Below, in pieces: positions 22,797-32,194 of a stretch of DNA of 64,000 nucleotides. The stretch lies in the NCBI GenBank assembly GCA_016699385.1, contig CP064974.1, forward strand, positions 596,466-660,465, read 5' to 3'. How positions within the stretch are numbered: position 1 is the first letter of the stretch; each line of letters begins with the position of its first letter. This DNA is from Candidatus Moraniibacteriota bacterium. Its GTDB lineage: Bacteria; Patescibacteriota; Minisyncoccia; Moranbacterales; UBA1568. A program made the position numbers and the translations under genes. The notes under the pieces were generated by a model that was given only the letters and a program-made list of their open reading frames with translations, had not been told where the DNA came from and did not search any database.

Positions 22797-23566
22797 GTTG
22801 GATCGCATATCGGCGTTTCCTCGAGCGATTTTTTTCTCTCGGGAAAGAGACTTTCTTTCCACAATTTTGCAGTATCTGCCACAAAGAAGGCTCCTTTCTT
22901 TGCGAACCATGTTTTTCCATACTCTCACAGGGACGCCGGCAGTCTCAGGTATGCGGGCACTGTGGTGCACGCGAAACACCCGAAGGACAAATTTGCTTTG
23001 CTTGTGCGGGAGCCGCTCCTCATGACGGCATATTTGCCGCGCTTCACTACAACAACCCATGCATCGCACACATCATCCATCTCTTCAAATACCGATTTGT
23101 CCGCGACCTCGGGACGCCTCTTGGCGCACTCCTCGCCACCGCCCTTCTTCAATCAGAACTCCCACTTCCGGACGCTATACTCCCTGTCCCACTCCACCCT
23201 CGGCGTGAACGCTGGCGCGGATGGAATCAGGCAGATATCCTCGCCAAGTCGCTTGTACAAAATTTCCCGCAAGAAATCACTCCACCAATCCTCAATGACA
23301 CACTCATCCGAACTCGCTTTACAGCACCGCAGATGTCGCTGCAAGACAAGAGTCTCCGAAAAGAAAACATCGAAGGAGCATTCCAAATAAGTACAGGCAA
23401 TCAGAGACAAATTTTGAAACATCAACAACATCAACTGCAGATAGTCGGAAAAAACTTTTGGGTTATCGACGATGTCGCTGCATCCGGTTCAACTATCGCT
23501 ACCTGCGCACAAACACTCAAAGAGCACGGTGCGCGACACGTCTTCGGCATCGTTGTCGCGAGATAA
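22793..23566 (+). CDS. comFC: competence protein ComFC (phosphoribosyltransferase-domain)
   Basis: N-terminal Cys4 zinc finger (CSICHK…CEPC…CGHCG…CFAC) and C-terminal PRTase motif VIDDVAASGSTI; 4-nt overlap with clpC. Confidence 0.85.
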   Translation: MSWIAYRRFLERFFSLGKETFFPQFCSICHKEGSFLCEPCFSILSQGRRQSQVCGHCGARETPEGQICFACAGAAPHDGIFAALHYNNPCIAHIIHLFKYRFVRDLGTPLGALLATALLQSELPLPDAILPVPLHPRRERWRGWNQADILAKSLVQNFPQEITPPILNDTLIRTRFTAPQMSLQDKSLRKENIEGAFQISTGNQRQILKHQQHQLQIVGKNFWVIDDVAASGSTIATCAQTLKEHGARHVFGIVVAR

Positions 23567-23568
23567 AG

Positions 23569-23598
23569 AAAACCGACGAACAAAATATTCGCCGGTTT
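23569..23598 (+). terminator. rho-independent terminator after comFC
   Basis: AAAACCGACGAA-caaaatat-TCGCCGGTTT hairpin (one mismatch) followed by TTTCATTCTT, 3 nt after the TAA stop. Confidence 0.5.
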
Positions 23599-24062
23599 CA
23601 TTCTTCACATACAGAAGAAATATCTACTGCTTCTTGCCTCTTACTAAATGGGAAGAACAAACCTTGCTGTGTATCAAAGACACCAAATCTCCGATTAACT
23701 CCCCGCAGCAAAGATGGGTGACAAAAACGAACATGGAAGATAATCTCATTCCCTTCTTCCGATGAATCTATAGCCATCTCTGAGTGTTCAATCGAGAGAT
23801 TCGACGATTTCATCGTCTCCAAAAGAAGACCGTATACCGAATGAGAAACGTGCACTTCACGAATTGGCCACCCCGATATATTCGGAATTCGACCAGCAGT
23901 GACAAGAAAGTAGCGCAACTGAACGCATTGATCTCCCCTTAAGATACCGCCAAACAAAACCGGCAGAGACGCCACCGTCATACCTCGAGTAAAGAACACT
24001 CGCAGTTTTTTCCTTTTCACAAAAGCACCTCCTACACCATTGTTTCCATATCCTATAAACAA
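23598..24062 (-). CDS. hypothetical protein (questionable ORF)
   Basis: 154-aa ORF alone on the minus strand inside a 530-bp gap between two plus-strand genes; no recognisable motifs. Confidence 0.2.
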   Translation of the reverse strand: MFIGYGNNGVGGAFVKRKKLRVFFTRGMTVASLPVLFGGILRGDQCVQLRYFLVTAGRIPNISGWPIREVHVSHSVYGLLLETMKSSNLSIEHSEMAIDSSEEGNEIIFHVRFCHPSLLRGVNRRFGVFDTQQGLFFPFSKRQEAVDISSVCEE

Positions 24063-24173
24063 AGAACGATTTGAAATCGTAGGACAATAAGGCTCATCTT
24101 GTCAACAGCCAGCAAAAGAAGACTTGTAGAGACAAAAGGGGAAATATCGTATACTGCCAGTATACTCTCTCGT

Positions 24174-24941
24174 ATGGAGAGTCACGCATTCAAATCAATA
24201 CCACCTCATTTTATGGAAACAAAACTCTCAAACCCTTACCATATCAAAAAGATAGGGGTAATAGACAATGTATCCGTCTGGCTCGTTGATGGCGGAAAGG
24301 TTCGGAAAGACCTGAATGAAAATTTTGTACAAAGTGATCATCACGCACATTTCTCTTTTATCCCAACAGATGAATTTTGGATCGATGCGGATACGGATTT
24401 TCGCGAACACCAATTCTTCATGGATAGATTCTTTGCTGTACAAACACTCATCAGAAATGGAACGAGGCTCAAGAAAGCCGAGGAAATTGGCGCCACGCTC
24501 GAACAACACGAACGAGAAGAATCACTTTCTCGCGAGATCTTGAGACTCAAGAGTACCAGGAAGGCGCTTATCGAAAAGATTCATCGGAAGCATTTTGCAC
24601 CATATAGTTCCGATCAACTCGCCATTTGGATTGTCGATGGCAAGCTTGTCCGAGATATCCTCTTCCTCAACTACGACGCCGGCGGTCACGATCGCGTCTA
24701 CCCATGGATTCCCAACCAGGAGATATGGATTGAAGAAGCACTCCCTGAAAAGGAACGCCATTTCATCCTTCTCCACGAACTTCATGAGCGATTCCTCATG
24801 GGCATGGGGAAAAAATACCCGGAAGCGCATCATGGCGCTACCATCATCGAAGACCATTTCCGCAACGCGCCGAGAGGACTCGAAGCACGTATCCAAGAAG
24901 AGCTCGAGAAAAACCAGAGCGACACACTATCTTCCAAATAA
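24174..24941 (+). CDS. hypothetical protein with an internal tandem duplication (HExxH in second repeat)
   Basis: Two ~90-aa repeats (…VWLVDGGKVRKDL…FIPTDEFWIDAD… / …IWIVDGKLVRDIL…WIPNQEIWIEEA…); HELHE only in copy 2. ATG at 24174 sits 7 nt after a TATACT box (leaderless-like); the ORF-track start at 24099 is a TTG. Confidence 0.55.
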   Translation: MESHAFKSIPPHFMETKLSNPYHIKKIGVIDNVSVWLVDGGKVRKDLNENFVQSDHHAHFSFIPTDEFWIDADTDFREHQFFMDRFFAVQTLIRNGTRLKKAEEIGATLEQHEREESLSREILRLKSTRKALIEKIHRKHFAPYSSDQLAIWIVDGKLVRDILFLNYDAGGHDRVYPWIPNQEIWIEEALPEKERHFILLHELHERFLMGMGKKYPEAHHGATIIEDHFRNAPRGLEARIQEELEKNQSDTLSSK

Positions 24942-24945
24942 AAAC

Positions 24946-25899
24946 TCACTCCGCATCCCGCCCCAAAATATCTCGGGAGCGAAGGTAGAACGGAATTGCA
25001 GAGAAACTTACTATCATTTGTATAAATCGACTCGTCACAGCGACAGCGACAGCTGCTTCAACCGAGGTACCAAGGTATCCAAAGAACGTGGCATACGCCC
25101 ACTCCTTAACGCCGATATTATTGATACTAATGGGGATATTCGAAACAATTGTCACTAAGAAAATCACGCCGAGGTACTCAATAGTATGCACTTCACCCCC
25201 TAGCGCTCGAAACAAAACCAGATTCGCCAGTCCCACCCCAACGAGATTGAAGAGAAGCGACCACCCAAGCACAGGAACAGTCGTCCTGCGAAACGGATAG
25301 CTCATCACTTCTCGCACCAGACGTTGCATCCGTTCTGGCAATTTCCCAAGGAGGACACGGAGCATACGAAATTTCCGCAATACCGGCAATGCAAAATCAA
25401 AAGACAGTGAACAGAGAATCGCAACATCCAAAAAAAGCCAAAATGGATTTGCAAACACCAACTTCAGGTGAAAGAGAGAAAAGAGAATCGCAAATACCAT
25501 CGCTGCCCAAATACCCGTAAACCGATCAAAGAGGGCTGTCGAGAGCGCTGGTGAAAGCCTTCCTTCTTGCTTCCCAAGCCACAGTGTCCGATAAGTGTCA
25601 CCGCCAATCGTCGAAGGCAAAAAGTTATTGATAAATGTACCCGTAAGATACGCGCGAAAAAAATCGCGGTACGGTCGATTGAATCCCTTGGCACAAGCAA
25701 TCGTTTGCCACTTTTTCGACGATATCGCAATACCCGAAAGAAGAATACCGATATAAAGAGCGAGGAACGGAAGATCTACCTCTGAGATTCTCCGAAATAC
25801 TTCTCCCCAATTGATTCGCCATACAAGCCACAAGACGAATCCTCCCGATACCAAAAGCTTCAGGAAAAACGAAAGTCGCTTTCGGATATTGGTACTCAT
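24946..25899 (-). CDS. flippase-like polytopic membrane protein (UPF0104 / lysyl-PG-synthase-TM-like)
   Basis: 317 aa with about 8 TM helices; 4-nt overlap with the upstream GT4 gene, typical of GT-associated flippase-like proteins. Confidence 0.6.
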   Translation of the reverse strand: MSTNIRKRLSFFLKLLVSGGFVLWLVWRINWGEVFRRISEVDLPFLALYIGILLSGIAISSKKWQTIACAKGFNRPYRDFFRAYLTGTFINNFLPSTIGGDTYRTLWLGKQEGRLSPALSTALFDRFTGIWAAMVFAILFSLFHLKLVFANPFWLFLDVAILCSLSFDFALPVLRKFRMLRVLLGKLPERMQRLVREVMSYPFRRTTVPVLGWSLLFNLVGVGLANLVLFRALGGEVHTIEYLGVIFLVTIVSNIPISINNIGVKEWAYATFFGYLGTSVEAAVAVAVTSRFIQMIVSFSAIPFYLRSRDILGRDAE

Positions 25900-27071
25900 G
25901 ATTTCGAAGTTATCGCGTCTTCATATGCCCTCCGGTATGACTTCGCCACTTCACTCCATCCAAGACTCTCTGCACGACGTCGACTCTCCTCACCATAGCG
26001 CTTTGCCTCTTCCGGATGCGACGCAAGAAATGCAATCTTCTCGGCAATATGCTGCGAATCACGCATACGAATAATACACCCGTTTACACCGTCTTCGACC
26101 AACTCGCGTGTTCCGCCGGTATCGGTTGTAATAATCGGGAGCCCGCAAGCGAGCGCCTCAAGCACATTGTTACTCATACCCTCATTGAGCGACGGCAACA
26201 CATAAACATGCGCGCGATGATAGAGCGGTACAATCTCGCTGTGCGGCACCCGCCCGACAAATCGCACCCGATCGGAGAGATTGTGTTCCACAACAAATGC
26301 TTCGAGCGACTCACGCTCATGCCCGTCTCCGGCAATGTCGAGAAGAAATTTCCGCTCTTCTGAAGTCTTCAGCATACGCATTGCCTCGAGCAATGACCGA
26401 AGACCCTTCCGAGGCGTGAGACGAGCAATGGCGAGTACCTGAAATGGCTCAGAGATATCACTTGAATAGTTCCGTGGAACCGAAAAGAACTCTTTGATAT
26501 CAACGCCATTTCTGACAACGAGAATATCTCGAGATGACTCCGTAAGGAGCGCAAGTGTCCGAAGACCTTCACTGTTTGCTATGACCTGCGCCGCATTTCT
26601 CCAAATAAAACGCGTAACCGGACGAAGAAAGAGATACAAATTCTTGAACCGCTCGCTATACCCCGGCACATCAGACCCACGCAACGAGACAATATAAGGG
26701 ATATGAAATTCCATCGAGAGCAGTCGCATAACAAATCCCGATGGCACCGAAAAGAACGCATGCATACAGTCAAATGTCTCCCGTTTCAAAAGTTTCCGAG
26801 AAAATATCCACGACTTCCACGAATACTCGAGAAGATTTGCTTTCGACTGAAAGTGCAAATCGCGCGCACCATCCTTCTTCCCAACCGGAAGTCGCTCTAT
26901 GCGAACATTTGGCGCTGGATATTCCGTCCGATGCACATCATCGACCGACGATGTCACAAGCACGATTTCCATATCCGGAAACGCCGAAAATTCTCGGAGC
27001 ATATATTCCGTCGCATTCCCCGCTCCCCCGCCGAGCGGCGGGTATTCATAATTGTGAATGAGAATTTTCAT
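25896..27071 (-). CDS. glycosyltransferase family 4 (GT-B, group 1)
   Basis: 391 aa with N-terminal YPPLGGGAG and a C-terminal EX7E-type region. Confidence 0.85.
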   Translation of the reverse strand: MKILIHNYEYPPLGGGAGNATEYMLREFSAFPDMEIVLVTSSVDDVHRTEYPAPNVRIERLPVGKKDGARDLHFQSKANLLEYSWKSWIFSRKLLKRETFDCMHAFFSVPSGFVMRLLSMEFHIPYIVSLRGSDVPGYSERFKNLYLFLRPVTRFIWRNAAQVIANSEGLRTLALLTESSRDILVVRNGVDIKEFFSVPRNYSSDISEPFQVLAIARLTPRKGLRSLLEAMRMLKTSEERKFLLDIAGDGHERESLEAFVVEHNLSDRVRFVGRVPHSEIVPLYHRAHVYVLPSLNEGMSNNVLEALACGLPIITTDTGGTRELVEDGVNGCIIRMRDSQHIAEKIAFLASHPEEAKRYGEESRRRAESLGWSEVAKSYRRAYEDAITSKS

Positions 27072-27080
27072 CGAGGAATA

Positions 27081-28391
27081 TTACACTCCTACCCCATAAT
27101 ACGTAAATCCGGCTGCCTCAGCTTCGGTTCGTCGGAAGATGTTGCGACCATCGACAATGACCGTACCCCGCATGCGTTTCTGGAGATCGGCAAAGTCCGC
27201 CGTGCGAAATTCGTCCCACTCCGTCGCGATGACGAGCGCATCCGCGCCATCTGTTGCTGCATATTGATCTTTGGCAAATTTGAGCCGAGCATTGCTTTTG
27301 AGCACTGTCTTTGCATTCTCAGTCGCAACCGGGTCAAAGACCGTTACAGAGGCGCCGCTCTTGAGCAATGTCTCGATGATGAGGAGTGCTGGCGCCTCGC
27401 GCACATCGTCAGTACGCGGTTTGAAGGACAAACCCCAAATCGCGATTCTTTTTCCTTTCAATGTTTTGAGTGACTTTTTCAGAAACCCGATTGGCAGAAG
27501 TTTTTGTTTCTCATTTGCCGCGCGAACTGCTTCGAGAATTGTAAAATCATAGCCATGCTCATGACCAGTATGAAGAAGCGCCTTCACATCCTTAGGGAAG
27601 CACGATCCACCATAGCCAATACCCGCCGAAAGAAACCGCGAACCGATTCGCGTATCAAATCCCATACCGCGTGCCACTTCCTTGGCATTGCCACCCACAA
27701 TCGCGCAGAAATTCGCGATTTCATTCATGAAGGAAATCTTCGTCGCCAGGAACGAATTGGAGGCGTATTTGATAATCTCCGCACTCTTCACATCCGTCTG
27801 AATGATAGGGCGCCCTGCACGCGCGACAGGACGATAGATTCGCTCCATGATAGCCCAAGCACGCTCCGATTCCGTCCCGACAATAACGCGATCGGGATTC
27901 AAGAAGTCCTTGACCGCTGTTCCCTCGCGCAAAAATTCCGGATTCGACACCACGTCAAATTCCTGCGTTCCATCACTCGACTGCGCCACAATCTCGCGCA
28001 CACGATCCGCTGTCCCAACCGGCACCGTCGACTTATTCACGAGCACCTTGTAGCCGTTCAAGTTCTTGCCAAATGTTTCCGCTACCGCGAACACATACTG
28101 AAGGTCTGCTTCTCCCGTCTTAGGATCCGGTGGCGTCCCCACTCCACTAAAAACCGCATCCGATTCACGAATCGCTTTCCCGATATCGGTCGTAAAAGAA
28201 AGTCGCCCCTGTCGAACATTCTCTTTCACCAATTCTTCAAGCCCAAATTCATAAATAGGAATCCCACCGCGTTTCAACTTTGCAATCTTCTTCGCATCCA
28301 CATCCGCGCACACAACCGTATGCCCGATCTCTGCCATACAGGCTCCCGACACCAGTCCAACATATCCCGCTCCGACAAACGTGAGTTTCAT
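27081..28391 (-). CDS. ugd: UDP-glucose 6-dehydrogenase
   Basis: N-terminal Rossmann GAGYVGL and catalytic Cys motif GYGGSCFPKD; 436 aa. Confidence 0.9.
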   Translation of the reverse strand: MKLTFVGAGYVGLVSGACMAEIGHTVVCADVDAKKIAKLKRGGIPIYEFGLEELVKENVRQGRLSFTTDIGKAIRESDAVFSGVGTPPDPKTGEADLQYVFAVAETFGKNLNGYKVLVNKSTVPVGTADRVREIVAQSSDGTQEFDVVSNPEFLREGTAVKDFLNPDRVIVGTESERAWAIMERIYRPVARAGRPIIQTDVKSAEIIKYASNSFLATKISFMNEIANFCAIVGGNAKEVARGMGFDTRIGSRFLSAGIGYGGSCFPKDVKALLHTGHEHGYDFTILEAVRAANEKQKLLPIGFLKKSLKTLKGKRIAIWGLSFKPRTDDVREAPALLIIETLLKSGASVTVFDPVATENAKTVLKSNARLKFAKDQYAATDGADALVIATEWDEFRTADFADLQKRMRGTVIVDGRNIFRRTEAEAAGFTYYGVGV

Positions 28392-28414
28392 ACCATTTCT
28401 GATTAACCGATTAT

Positions 28415-29362
28415 TTATTGTCTCTCAATGACTGTCTTAATTGCATAATTCATCGCATTGTGACTTCGATAATACGCGCGAACCATCATATCCGTCATGA
28501 GCCCAAAGATGAACAACTGAATACCCGCAAGAAGCAAAAAGATGCCAATCATCGGCCAAATACGCTCCGAAAGTGACGCCCCAAAAAACACTTTGTCGAC
28601 AAACATCCAAAGCAAAATCCCCGACCCTAATACCGAAAGCAAGAATCCGCCGCCGCCAAAGAGATGTACCGGACGATGCGAATACTTCCGCCAAAACCAC
28701 ACCGCGAGCATATCGACAAATCCTTTTACGCTTCGCTTCCAGTTGTATTTGGTAACACCGTGAACTCTCGGATGGTGTGAGACAGGCACCTCCGCAACAC
28801 GGAAGCCCTTGATCTCGAGAAGCGCCGGAATAAATCGGTGCATCTCGCCAAAAAGGTCGAAATCCTCAAAGCATTCCTTCCGAAACGCTTTGAGGCTACA
28901 TCCCGAATCGTGAATCTCATCGTGGATGAGAACCTTCCGAAGAATATTCGCGCCCCGCGAAAAAACTTTCTTACTGAGAGAATCTTGCCGCTTCACCCGC
29001 CACCCGGACACCACATCATATCCTTCATCGAGCTTTGCCAAAAGAAGCGGGATATCCGCCGGATCGTTTTGCAAGTCACCATCCATCGTGATGACAATAT
29101 CGCCCGTTGCCCTCTTGAACCCCGCATCAAATGCCGCGCTCTGTCCGAAATTCTTGCGAAAAACGACAAGCGTAAGCGGCGAAAGAGAGTGGCACTTCTC
29201 GAGTGTCGCGTCCTTCGACCCATCATCGACAAAGATAATTTCGTACGAACCGCCAAGCTTCTCAAGCGACGCCTTGATGCGCCGGTGAAGCTCCTCAACA
29301 TTCCCCTCCTCGTTATATATCGGCACCACGACAGAATACCGCACCCGCGAATCTGTTTCCAT
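28415..29362 (-). CDS. GT2 polyprenyl-phosphate glycosyltransferase (DPM1/ArnC/GtrB-like)
   Basis: VVVPIYNEE…FVDDGS…MDGDLQ GT-A motifs plus two C-terminal TM helices; start at METDSR. Confidence 0.85.
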   Translation of the reverse strand: METDSRVRYSVVVPIYNEEGNVEELHRRIKASLEKLGGSYEIIFVDDGSKDATLEKCHSLSPLTLVVFRKNFGQSAAFDAGFKRATGDIVITMDGDLQNDPADIPLLLAKLDEGYDVVSGWRVKRQDSLSKKVFSRGANILRKVLIHDEIHDSGCSLKAFRKECFEDFDLFGEMHRFIPALLEIKGFRVAEVPVSHHPRVHGVTKYNWKRSVKGFVDMLAVWFWRKYSHRPVHLFGGGGFLLSVLGSGILLWMFVDKVFFGASLSERIWPMIGIFLLLAGIQLFIFGLMTDMMVRAYYRSHNAMNYAIKTVIERQ

Positions 29363-29490
29363 AGAAAGAAAAAACAAAGTCCCCTACTTCCCCCATTGTA
29401 CCAAAACCCCACCCAGAGGCAAGGAAAGCATCATTCCCCAAGAAGTTCCGAATATCTTCCCATTGTCTCACAATAAAGAAACGCCCTTCA

Positions 29491-29619
29491 TTTTCTGTCA
29501 TTCCAATCGAAGCCGAGGAATTTCCTCTTTACAAAAGCGCTCACCAAATACAAAGCTCAGATCCCTCCATTTCACTCTTCCCTCTAAAGCGGAATCGCTC
29601 CGATTGGGATGACAGGAAA
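29491..29619. repeat. ~130-bp segment bounded by imperfect 15-19-bp inverted repeats
   Basis: CTGTCATTCCAATCG (29495-29509) versus CGATTGGGATGACAG (29601-29615), 14/15 complementary, 91 nt apart, in the GT2-dnaK intergenic region; a related GGGA(A)TGACAGGA motif occurs at about 32171. Confidence 0.3.
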
Positions 29620-29674
29620 GAAAATCTTTATTCATTCTGTCCTGAATATGAAACACATTATACTTTAAGAAACA

Positions 29675-29696
29675 GGGCGAGGCTTTCGCCTCGCCC
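29675..29696 (-). terminator. terminator after dnaK
   Basis: GGGCGAGG-ctttcg-CCTCGCCC perfect 8-bp GC stem 20 nt downstream of the dnaK stop, with T-rich sequence following on the minus strand. Confidence 0.55.
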
Positions 29697-29715
29697 CCAT
29701 CTTATCAGCTAGCTC

Positions 29716-31623
29716 CTATTCCTTCTTTCCATCTTCTACCTCGGCGTCCTTCGGAGATTCGGGAGTGCCTTCGGCTTTCGGTGCCTCTCCCGACTCTGAT
29801 GTGGGAGGCGTTTCCGATTCCTGCGAAGCCTTGTAGAGTTTCTCGCCGATTTTCTGCGCGGCTTCGGAAAGTGTCTGCGAGGCTTTCTTGATCACTTCGA
29901 GATCATCACCGTTTTTCACCTTGTTGAGCTCTTCGATTGCCTCTTCGACAGGTTTCTTTTCCTCTGCTGTCACTTTGTCTCCTGCATCGCGTATCGCCTT
30001 CTCGGTCGTATAAACAAGGCTATCCGCCATATTGCGCGCCTCGACCAATTCCTTCTTGTGTTTGTCTTCCTCAGCATGAAGCTCCGCATCTTTCTTCATA
30101 CGCTCAATTTCTTCTTTTGAGAGTCCGGTTGAAGATTCGATACGGATAGACTGCGTCTTATTGGTCGCCTTATCCTTTGCGGTCACCGAGAGAATACCAT
30201 TAGCATCGATGTCAAAGGCAACTTCGATCTGCGGCACGCCGCGAGGCGCCGGTGGAATACCGTCCAAAATGAACCGCCCAAGCGACTTGTTGTCCGCCGC
30301 AGTCTCGCGCTCGCCCTGGAGCACATGTATCTCAACCGATGGCTGACTATCAGCTGCCGTCGAGAACGTCTTGGACTGCGAAATAGGCACGGTCGAATTG
30401 GCGTCGATAATCGGGGTTCGCATCCCGCCCAAGGTTTCGATACCAAGCGTGAGAGGCGTCACATCGAGGAGGAGCACATCTTTCACTGATCCTTCGAGCA
30501 CACCCCCTTGGATCGCTGCACCGATTGCCACTACCTCATCCGGGTTCACAGAAATATCCGGCTTCTTGCCGAAAAATTCTTCAACCGTCTTGATGACGAG
30601 CGGCATACGCGTCATACCTCCCACCATCACAACTTCATTGATATCCTTCGCCGTCATGTCGGCATCTTTGAGCGCCTGCTTCACCGGGGCAAGTGTTGCA
30701 ACGACAAGATCATGCACCAGTTCTTCCAGCTTTGCTCGTGTCAATTTCATGACCAAGTGCTTCGGACCAGAAGTATCACTGGTAATAAAGGGCTGATTGA
30801 TTTCCGTGTCCTGCGCGGTCGAAAGTTCAATCTTTGCCTTCTCTGCCGACTCCTTGATACGCTGGAGCGCGAGCGGATCTTTGGAGAGATCGATACCTTC
30901 TTGCTTCTTAAATTCGTCAAGTATCCAGTGAATCACCTTCTGATCAAAGTCATCACCGCCCAAGTGCGTGTCGCCATTGGTGGATCGCACCTCAACCGTG
31001 TCCGCCGCAACTTCAAGTATAGAGATGTCAAATGTACCACCTCCCAAGTCATACACTGCAATCTTCTCATCTTGCTTTTTGTTGAATCCATAGGCAAGTG
31101 CCGCTGCCGTCGGTTCATTGATAATGCGACGCACGTTGAGCCCTGCGATTTCGCCCGCTTCTTTCGTTGCTTTGCGCTGTGAATCATCGAAATATGCGGG
31201 TACCGTTATAACCGCTTCGGTTATTTTTTCTCCCAATCGATCTTCAGCATCGGTCTTCAACTTTTGCAAGATCATCGCCGATACTTCCTGCGGCGAATAT
31301 TCCTTACCACCCATCACGACTTTCACACCTTCGCCAGCCTTCACGATTTTGTAGGGAAGCGTCTTCTGATCGCGCGTCACTTCCTCATCGTCAAATCGTC
31401 GCCCGATAAGTCGCTTAATCGAAAACAGCGTATTCTCCGGATTCGTCACGCCCTGTCGCTTTGCCAAGAGTCCCACAAGCCGTTCACCCGTCTTCGATAC
31501 GGCGACCATTGACGGTGTTGTGCGATTCCCTTCCTTGTTTTCGATAATCGTTGGTGCCCCACCTTCCACAAATGCCATCGCCGAGTTCGTCGTCCCGAGA
31601 TCTATACCCAGTATCTTTGCCAT
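29716..31623 (-). CDS. dnaK: molecular chaperone DnaK (Hsp70)
   Basis: 635 aa with Hsp70 signatures ([26 protein letters not shown]). Confidence 0.97.
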   Translation of the reverse strand: MAKILGIDLGTTNSAMAFVEGGAPTIIENKEGNRTTPSMVAVSKTGERLVGLLAKRQGVTNPENTLFSIKRLIGRRFDDEEVTRDQKTLPYKIVKAGEGVKVVMGGKEYSPQEVSAMILQKLKTDAEDRLGEKITEAVITVPAYFDDSQRKATKEAGEIAGLNVRRIINEPTAAALAYGFNKKQDEKIAVYDLGGGTFDISILEVAADTVEVRSTNGDTHLGGDDFDQKVIHWILDEFKKQEGIDLSKDPLALQRIKESAEKAKIELSTAQDTEINQPFITSDTSGPKHLVMKLTRAKLEELVHDLVVATLAPVKQALKDADMTAKDINEVVMVGGMTRMPLVIKTVEEFFGKKPDISVNPDEVVAIGAAIQGGVLEGSVKDVLLLDVTPLTLGIETLGGMRTPIIDANSTVPISQSKTFSTAADSQPSVEIHVLQGERETAADNKSLGRFILDGIPPAPRGVPQIEVAFDIDANGILSVTAKDKATNKTQSIRIESSTGLSKEEIERMKKDAELHAEEDKHKKELVEARNMADSLVYTTEKAIRDAGDKVTAEEKKPVEEAIEELNKVKNGDDLEVIKKASQTLSEAAQKIGEKLYKASQESETPPTSESGEAPKAEGTPESPKDAEVEDGKKE

Positions 31624-31720
31624 AATGTTGTACTTAAAATTTTATGCAACACTTCTTCTTTCTGCCTGCTCCTTCCACTCCTCAAGCTTAATGCTCAAGG
31701 AGTGTCGGAACCAACAGACT

Positions 31721-32125
31721 CTACTTCACCTTCACGGCGATTTTCTTCGGCTTCACTTCTTCCGCTTTGGGAACGGTGATTGTGAGAAGACCCTTCTCAT
31801 ACGACGCCTCCGCTTTGTCGCCTTCCACCTTCATCGGAAGAATAATCGAGCGAGAGAATTCGCCGCGACTGATTTCTTTGCGATAATAATCCTCGCGCTT
31901 CACCTCATGCTTCTCCTCGCTCATACCGGAAACCGTGAGCACGTCGTTCTCGATGGTGATGCTGACCTTTGCCGGATCGATATCAGGAATCTGAAAGTCC
32001 ACAATCACATGATCACTGTCCTGGCGGATATCCACCGCTGGCGCAAAACCATGTGCCCATACATCCTCATCAAAGAAACGATCAAGATCGCGCATCGGTG
32101 CCCAATGAATAATGCTTCGTGTCAT
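31721..32125 (-). CDS. small heat-shock protein, Hsp20/alpha-crystallin family
   Basis: 134 aa with an alpha-crystallin domain (…VDIRQDSDHVIVDFQIPDI…GLLTITVPK). Confidence 0.9.
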   Translation of the reverse strand: MTRSIIHWAPMRDLDRFFDEDVWAHGFAPAVDIRQDSDHVIVDFQIPDIDPAKVSITIENDVLTVSGMSEEKHEVKREDYYRKEISRGEFSRSIILPMKVEGDKAEASYEKGLLTITVPKAEEVKPKKIAVKVK

Positions 32126-32194
32126 AAGTACTCACCTCCTTTCTTATTTCGTCATCCCCGCCTCCATGGGAATGACAGGATAGTTTCTTACTCT

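Noticed and set aside
26703-28406. Two long plus-strand ORFs (256 aa and 300 aa)
   Set aside because: Antisense to the GT4 and UDP-glucose dehydrogenase genes; Arg/His-rich nonsense composition.
31640-31720. Possible CIRCE or RNA thermometer between hsp20 and dnaK
   Set aside because: Only an imperfect palindrome (CACTCCT…AGGAGTG) with no match to the CIRCE consensus and no SD occlusion; it may be a weak attenuator but is not supported.
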